64,000 nucleotides of DNA from positions 1,163-65,162 of the forward strand of contig JAOAAK010000036.1 of assembly GCA_026418905.1 (NCBI GenBank). The letters are read 5' to 3'. The translations under genes were made by a program, and so were the position numbers. The notes beneath the pieces are model-generated. The model did no database searches. It saw only the letters and a program-made list of their open reading frames with translations, and was not told the DNA's origin. Below are positions 58,898-64,000 of this stretch, one piece after another. The DNA is from Bacteroidales bacterium. GTDB taxonomy: Bacteria; Bacteroidota; Bacteroidia; Bacteroidales; DTU049. The stretch's first letter is position 1. The number at the start of each line of letters is the position of its first letter.

Positions 58898-61723
58898 CTA
58901 CTGTTTGATAAGCAATGTTTCCATGGTTTGTTGTGAAGTCGTAATTCTCAATAAGTAAGGCCCAGGTGCAAGGCTTTCCCCGAGCGACAAAACCTTTGTT
59001 CCACCTGCAGGTAATATAGTTTTTTCCCACACAACAATTTTTCCATTTACTTCTCTCATCATGACCTCGGCTTCCATGGGTACTTTTAAACGAGAATGAA
59101 TAATCAACTCATCAGAAATCGGATTGGTTACTGTGATGGATTCTGTTATGTAAATGTTATCTTTCTTACAATTTAAGCAGGTATCTCGAAGCGGAAATAC
59201 TTGCCCATTGATAGTCGTGTAACTTAGCACAACACAAACTTCGTCTTTAAATGTTCCAGGAACTTTGATATGATACATTCCACTCGTTTCTGGGTAAACT
59301 TTAAACTTCTGAAGAAGACTTCCATTCATCTTCCTAAACTCTACAACATAAGACTCAAGAGAAGTTTCTTCCTCATCTGAAAACCATTTTAACTCGATAA
59401 AACCCTCGTCCTCGCAACTAACATCAAAAAATCTCAAGTGTGTAGGAAGCACCGTGTTTTGCAGTGAAAACCTCGCTAAAGGTCTACATAAATCTGAAGT
59501 TTCTACGGCCCCTTGATAATTATCGCATAGATTGGAGATATGATCAGAGGATTTTCCTTGATAACATCTGTAACCGCTTGGATAGGTTAGAACCTTGCCT
59601 CCAAAAGCAGTAGACGAGTTTGATATACAGAACTGTACAAGTATATTACTTGATCCATTCCAATAAAAAGGTTGATCAAATTTGAATTTTCTCCAACCTG
59701 GATCAAGACTATCCCTCGACAATGTTGAACGTGAATAAACCGTTACAAATGGTCCTCCAATGATAGTATCAGGTGCAAAAGCCGATAAAGTTATGTGACG
59801 CATTTTAATATTAAAATTTTGCAAATGGGTACCTGGCTTTTGAGTTACGTACACCGACATCGATGTAATGTTTTGTGGAGTTGTTATGCCAAGGGCATAT
59901 AGATCACTTGCCCTGAAAAGAAGCTGATTTTTTCTGTTTTTTATGGCTGTACTGATAAGCTCTTCAGCAGGTGTAGGGCCAACGCAAGTAGTTTTAATTG
60001 GAGATCCTAATTCAACAGCACTTAATGTTGTAATTTGCACCGGTGTTGAATAAGCACTCAACCCTGAATTAATACACGTAACTAAACATCTAAAATAAGT
60101 ATTTTGAAGAATATAAGTTTCATAAGTTGGTGCTGTTGCTCCAGGAATGTTGGTCCAGTTCAGATTGTCAGGTGATGATTGCCACTGAAAGGTCAAGCCT
60201 GTTTGAGTCAAAGCATTTTGAAGCGACAAAGTAAAATATTCTCCAATATGCACGACTGTAGCTGTAGACATGGTTTGTCCCGGGTTGGGTGTACCTGAAC
60301 ATGGATTATCAAGCACGTAAATGGTGTAATCTTCTGCTTCACCTTGAAACGAAAAGCCTCCTGGATCAAATGTACAAGGATCGGTTAAATAAGAAGCCCA
60401 TTTGGCAGCAATCCTCATAAATGTTTTTCCTAATGCAGCCCCAGGAGGGACTGTTATATTGAAAGGACACAAACTACTGAGACCGTTTGCCTGATTAGCA
60501 ACCGTACCCAATTGATACATTTCTCCAGGATCAAATATCAAATTTTGATTCCAGTCAATCCATGCCGTTACGTAGTAGGTATAATTACCATTGGTATTTA
60601 CATAAACAGACAAAGCATATGAGCTACCCCGATAAACATTAGTAGATATATGAGTAAAATTAGTATATGCTGGATTACCTGTAGAGGAATTGTTGATTGT
60701 GTTGAAAACTACACGTGTAATCCCATCAACTTGGTTATTGTCTCTAGCAGAAATCTTACAGTAACAGCCGATTTGGTTTTCTGGTGTAATAAATATAGGG
60801 TTTGAATAATCATAGCCAAACCCCGGGCATGTTACTTTACATCTGAAATAAGCTGATTGAGCTAAAGAATAATTTAGAGTCATTCCATTAGCTCCTACAA
60901 TGTCGTCCCAGTTTATTGCATCATTGGATATTTGCCATTGATACGTAAGATTTCCATACGGAATTTGATCTGGCAAGGAAAGTGTAAATGTCTGATTTAT
61001 GCAGGGTATAGCAGGATTAGCAACTGTGTTTCCAGGGGATGGTATACCGTTGCAATTAGGATAATAGTATTCAAACTGAACTTGGTATCGTCTGGCAGCA
61101 GGATAGTAAGTACTCCAAGTTCCAGGAATCGACGACGTACTGTTGTCTCCCATGGACTGATTGGCTGTCACTGCATCATATTTCCAATTAATGGCTCCGG
61201 TGGTTCGACATGAACTATTGTTAGCTTCCCACTCAACGTAACATTCGATGCTTCCTCCTGTATACGTAAACGAATTTTGCAAAGTCCAAAGCCAAAAGCC
61301 TGCGGTACTGGGCATGTTACTGTTGTTTATATTGGTGTTTTCGTAGACTAGCGTAGCACCACTTATCATCGCGTTCCAAGAAGTTCCACTTGAAAGACTT
61401 GTTGCAGTACTATTTTTCAAATAAACTCTTAATGTCCAACTACTCGTCGTATTAGGCCTGTTCCCATCAGCTTTGTTAAAACCCCACTTGGTTATTATAG
61501 CTCCGTTATAAACACCTTGAGAAGCTAGTTCTGATGCAAGAATCAAATGAACAGTTTTAGAATAAATATAGCTACTCGTACTGCCAGAACTATATATCGG
61601 TTTTGAAGCATCTGTGTTTGCACTTGTGCTACTACCCGACCCAATAGTAACCAGTGTTTGGCTGTACGAAATAGAAGTCAAAAAAATTATTGCATATAAA
61701 AAAAAGAATAAAATATTTTTCAT
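58898..61723 (-). CDS. large secreted GEVED-domain protein with T9SS type-A sorting domain
   Basis: 941 aa with a signal peptide. The GEVED-type motif FQGEAEDYTIYV lies at nt 60326-60343. Two ~92-aa Cys-containing modules flank that domain. The C-terminal segment is VTNPISDELIIHS...GPYLLRI. Confidence 0.8.
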   Translation of the reverse strand: MKNILFFFLYAIIFLTSISYSQTLVTIGSGSSTSANTDASKPIYSSGSTSSYIYSKTVHLILASELASQGVYNGAIITKWGFNKADGNRPNTTSSWTLRVYLKNSTATSLSSGTSWNAMISGATLVYENTNINNSNMPSTAGFWLWTLQNSFTYTGGSIECYVEWEANNSSCRTTGAINWKYDAVTANQSMGDNSTSSIPGTWSTYYPAARRYQVQFEYYYPNCNGIPSPGNTVANPAIPCINQTFTLSLPDQIPYGNLTYQWQISNDAINWDDIVGANGMTLNYSLAQSAYFRCKVTCPGFGYDYSNPIFITPENQIGCYCKISARDNNQVDGITRVVFNTINNSSTGNPAYTNFTHISTNVYRGSSYALSVYVNTNGNYTYYVTAWIDWNQNLIFDPGEMYQLGTVANQANGLSSLCPFNITVPPGAALGKTFMRIAAKWASYLTDPCTFDPGGFSFQGEAEDYTIYVLDNPCSGTPNPGQTMSTATVVHIGEYFTLSLQNALTQTGLTFQWQSSPDNLNWTNIPGATAPTYETYILQNTYFRCLVTCINSGLSAYSTPVQITTLSAVELGSPIKTTCVGPTPAEELISTAIKNRKNQLLFRASDLYALGITTPQNITSMSVYVTQKPGTHLQNFNIKMRHITLSAFAPDTIIGGPFVTVYSRSTLSRDSLDPGWRKFKFDQPFYWNGSSNILVQFCISNSSTAFGGKVLTYPSGYRCYQGKSSDHISNLCDNYQGAVETSDLCRPLARFSLQNTVLPTHLRFFDVSCEDEGFIELKWFSDEEETSLESYVVEFRKMNGSLLQKFKVYPETSGMYHIKVPGTFKDEVCVVLSYTTINGQVFPLRDTCLNCKKDNIYITESITVTNPISDELIIHSRLKVPMEAEVMMREVNGKIVVWEKTILPAGGTKVLSLGESLAPGPYLLRITTSQQTMETLLIKQ

Positions 61724-61851
61724 CCTCAGTAAATTTAATGCTAAGATAGTAGTGATAGGGTCTCATCAACAAGTTGCGTTTGTCATGATAAAACTTTCAT
61801 GAACATGAACAAAAAAAACACACATTTTTCAACACATATGATTTTAGAAAA

Positions 61852-63036
61852 TTGTATATTTACTTCCTGAATGCTATGCAAGACCTTTTTAATCTCCTGA
61901 TTTTAATAGCTGTCATTCATGCCTATGTTTTCACATGGCTTTTGCTTTATCGTCCGTCGAAAAGTTCTCGCATTTTGGGTATTTACATGTTGTTTGTATT
62001 TATCGAATATCTTCTGAATGCTAACATGTACCTTTGGAACAATTCTATACTTTATGCCTGTTTCTTTTTTATCAATACTCTTGTTATGCTATCTCAACCT
62101 CCTCTGATTTTTTTGTATGTCAAACATCTTACAACGGAAAATTTCAAATTCCGATTCATTCACATCTTCCATTTCTTACCGGCTTTTCTACTAACTTCTA
62201 TCATGTTCGTACAATTTTTAACCATCCCATCCGATGTGATCCATCAGATATTGTTTCAATTTAGCAAAACAGAACCTTATTATTCCAATCTTAAAAACTG
62301 GATTAATATTGGAGATTTGGTTTTTTTTCTCCAAGTCTTTAGTTATTACCCTATAATCTTATGGCAACTTGCTAAACATGATAAGCAAATCGCATACGTA
62401 TTCTCATATCGACAAAATATTACATTGCAATGGATGTGGGTTTTTATTGGTTTTGTTCTTGCGTATAATTTCTACCAATTTTTCGTTTATATTTTTAATA
62501 AACCTATTCTTGGATTTGCTTTTTATTTAATAGCCATCAATTTTCATGTTTTTTTCGTGGGAATTATGGGATTGAAACAAAAAGAAATTTACCCTGTCTT
62601 GCAAGACGCTGAAAAAAATACTCATGAGGAAAGTACTGTCATAAATTCTGAAACAACAGAAGCTAAATTGCATATCACGCCGGAGCAACAGCAAATCATT
62701 GCTGAGAAGCTCATACAGCTTATGGAAGAAAAAAAACTTTTTCTCAATCCAGATCTTAGTTTATACGACCTTTCCAAACAGTTGAATCTACCTCGCACTC
62801 ATGTTTCGTTTGTCATTAATACTGTATTTCAAAAAAATTTTTATCATTTTGTCAATCATTACCGCGTGGAAGAGGCAAAAAAAATCCTTATCGATCCTGC
62901 GTTTAATCATTACTCAATCGAAGGAGTTGCTACTACCGTAGGATTCAAAGCCAGAAATGTCTTTTATATGGCATTCAAAAAAGAAGTTGGCATGACCCCC
63001 GGTGAATACCGTTCACGTTTCGGAAAAAAATCTTAA
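61852..63036 (+). CDS. membrane-anchored AraC-family transcriptional regulator
   Basis: 394 aa. The N-terminal ~240 aa form multiple TM helices. The C-terminal AraC HTH runs LSLYDLSKQLNLPRTHVSFVIN...VGFKARNVFYMAFKKEVGMTPGEYR. The listed start is a TTG. The first ATG is at 61876. Confidence 0.85.
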   Translation: MYIYFLNAMQDLFNLLILIAVIHAYVFTWLLLYRPSKSSRILGIYMLFVFIEYLLNANMYLWNNSILYACFFFINTLVMLSQPPLIFLYVKHLTTENFKFRFIHIFHFLPAFLLTSIMFVQFLTIPSDVIHQILFQFSKTEPYYSNLKNWINIGDLVFFLQVFSYYPIILWQLAKHDKQIAYVFSYRQNITLQWMWVFIGFVLAYNFYQFFVYIFNKPILGFAFYLIAINFHVFFVGIMGLKQKEIYPVLQDAEKNTHEESTVINSETTEAKLHITPEQQQIIAEKLIQLMEEKKLFLNPDLSLYDLSKQLNLPRTHVSFVINTVFQKNFYHFVNHYRVEEAKKILIDPAFNHYSIEGVATTVGFKARNVFYMAFKKEVGMTPGEYRSRFGKKS

Positions 63037-64000
63037 CGCAATAGCGTAAGATGACCATGTAAAATTTTCTCTTCATCGTTGAGGAAAACTATGCGAACAT
63101 AATAGTTAAAAATACCAGGATCAAGGGGTTTACCTTTGTAATTACCATCCCAACCTTCCTGAGGATCAGTGGTATGGAAAACTTTAATTCCCCAACGATC
63201 ATAAACAAACACCTCTATGGATTTTATAGAAGAACCATAAACTCGCCAAATATCATTGTTGCCATCACCATCTGGGGAAAAAATATTGGGTACAAACGCA
63301 TGAGGAGGAAAACAAGACTGGTTGGATGCCAGAATGGTTGCTTGACCAGAAACCTGACACTGATTTTTATCGGTTACCTGTACGGTGTATATTCCGGGAG
63401 GTAGCTGAGACAGCTGCATCTGATTACTACCATTTTGCCAGTTGACCACATACGGAGGATAACCACTCTGTATGGTAAGAGTAATAGAACCATCCTGAGC
63501 TCCTTGACACGTTTCACCTTGAACTTGAAAAGACAACTGCGGTATGGGCACAACTGTTAATAAAGTTGAATCCTTGATGGCACAGTTTCCAGCAGGTGTG
63601 TAATAAACGTAATGATTACCTATTCCTGCAGAAGACGGATCGAATAATCCACTTGAATTAATTCCCACACCTGACCAGGATCCGCCTGCTGGAGTAGCTG
63701 TTAACTGAACAGCTGGAGCATTGAAACATATAGTATCCACCGTCGAAGTAATTTGACCTTGAATATTGGACATAAACTGAACATTAACCTGATCAGACCC
63801 CTGACAGCTATTTTGATCGGTCACAGTCACACCATATGTACCGCTTTGAGTGACCGTAATGGTTTGAGTATTAGCACCAGTTGACCAATCGTAGGTCGTA
63901 TAACCACTTCCAGCATTTAAAACGACCTGTGATCCCTGGCAAACCTGCTGATCTGGCCCAAGATCAGGAGTGGGATTCGGATTCACTGTAATATATTGGG
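63033..64000 (-). CDS. C-terminal part of a large cell-surface protein with SprB-type repeat and gliding-motility/T9SS type-B C-terminal domain (5' end outside window)
   Basis: The frame is open to the window edge, and the listed start is an internal GTG. It has CQGAQDGSITLTIQSGYPPYVVNW...GIYTVQVTDKNQC (SprB-like repeat) and FVPNIFSPDGDGNNDIWRV...WDGNYKGKPL (type-B sorting domain). Confidence 0.8.
   Translation of the reverse strand, partial: QYITVNPNPTPDLGPDQQVCQGSQVVLNAGSGYTTYDWSTGANTQTITVTQSGTYGVTVTDQNSCQGSDQVNVQFMSNIQGQITSTVDTICFNAPAVQLTATPAGGSWSGVGINSSGLFDPSSAGIGNHYVYYTPAGNCAIKDSTLLTVVPIPQLSFQVQGETCQGAQDGSITLTIQSGYPPYVVNWQNGSNQMQLSQLPPGIYTVQVTDKNQCQVSGQATILASNQSCFPPHAFVPNIFSPDGDGNNDIWRVYGSSIKSIEVFVYDRWGIKVFHTTDPQEGWDGNYKGKPLDPGIFNYYVRIVFLNDEEKILHGHLTLLR

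Overview
This is a dense (roughly 95% coding), AT-rich chromosomal segment that reads as core genome of a Bacteroidota organism with a type IX secretion system (T9SS). Supporting signs: a 287-aa RpoD, TAnnTTTG promoter boxes, DUF349/DUF2851/DUF3276/DUF5683-type genes, and five proteins ending in T9SS sorting domains.

I call 59 protein-coding genes. Two are cut by the window edges, and one is a 50-aa ORF absent from the supplied ORF track. I also call one tRNA-Gln(CUG) and 21 promoter-like features containing 22 -7 boxes.

Housekeeping content:
- Cofactor, amino-acid and central metabolism: coaD, dapF, dapB, sucD, pabA/trpG.
- Cell envelope and secretion: mltG, murB, lepB, HtrA-type protease.
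- Replication, repair and partitioning: priA, dnaG, dprA, recO, parAB.
- Transcription and translation: rpoD, rplS, smpB.
- Other: pcm, atpDC.

Accessory-looking content:
- A TolC-MFP-RND efflux operon.
- An NSS transporter and a TonB-dependent receptor.
- Two TetR regulators and a membrane-anchored AraC regulator.

I saw no rRNA, CRISPR array, transposase, integrase, prophage, or recognisable defence or toxin-antitoxin module. I cannot point to a clear-cut new system.

The stretches that most deserve a second look are:
1. A radical-SAM enzyme with a SPASM/twitch-like Cys cluster, next to a TetR regulator and a PLP C-S-lyase-family gene, with no visible substrate peptide (18300-21572).
2. An unannotated one-helix ORF translationally coupled (ATGA) to the NSS transporter (43505-43657).
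3. A small P-II-like protein wired into the RND efflux operon (11766-12071).
4. A two-gene unit encoding a small cytoplasmic protein plus a secreted protein with a variant HEXXH motif (56196-58653).
5. An exactly repeated 16-bp element made of two interlocked divergent -7 promoter boxes (46401-46416 and 52012-52027).

All family assignments come from motif recognition by eye and need HMM or BLAST confirmation.
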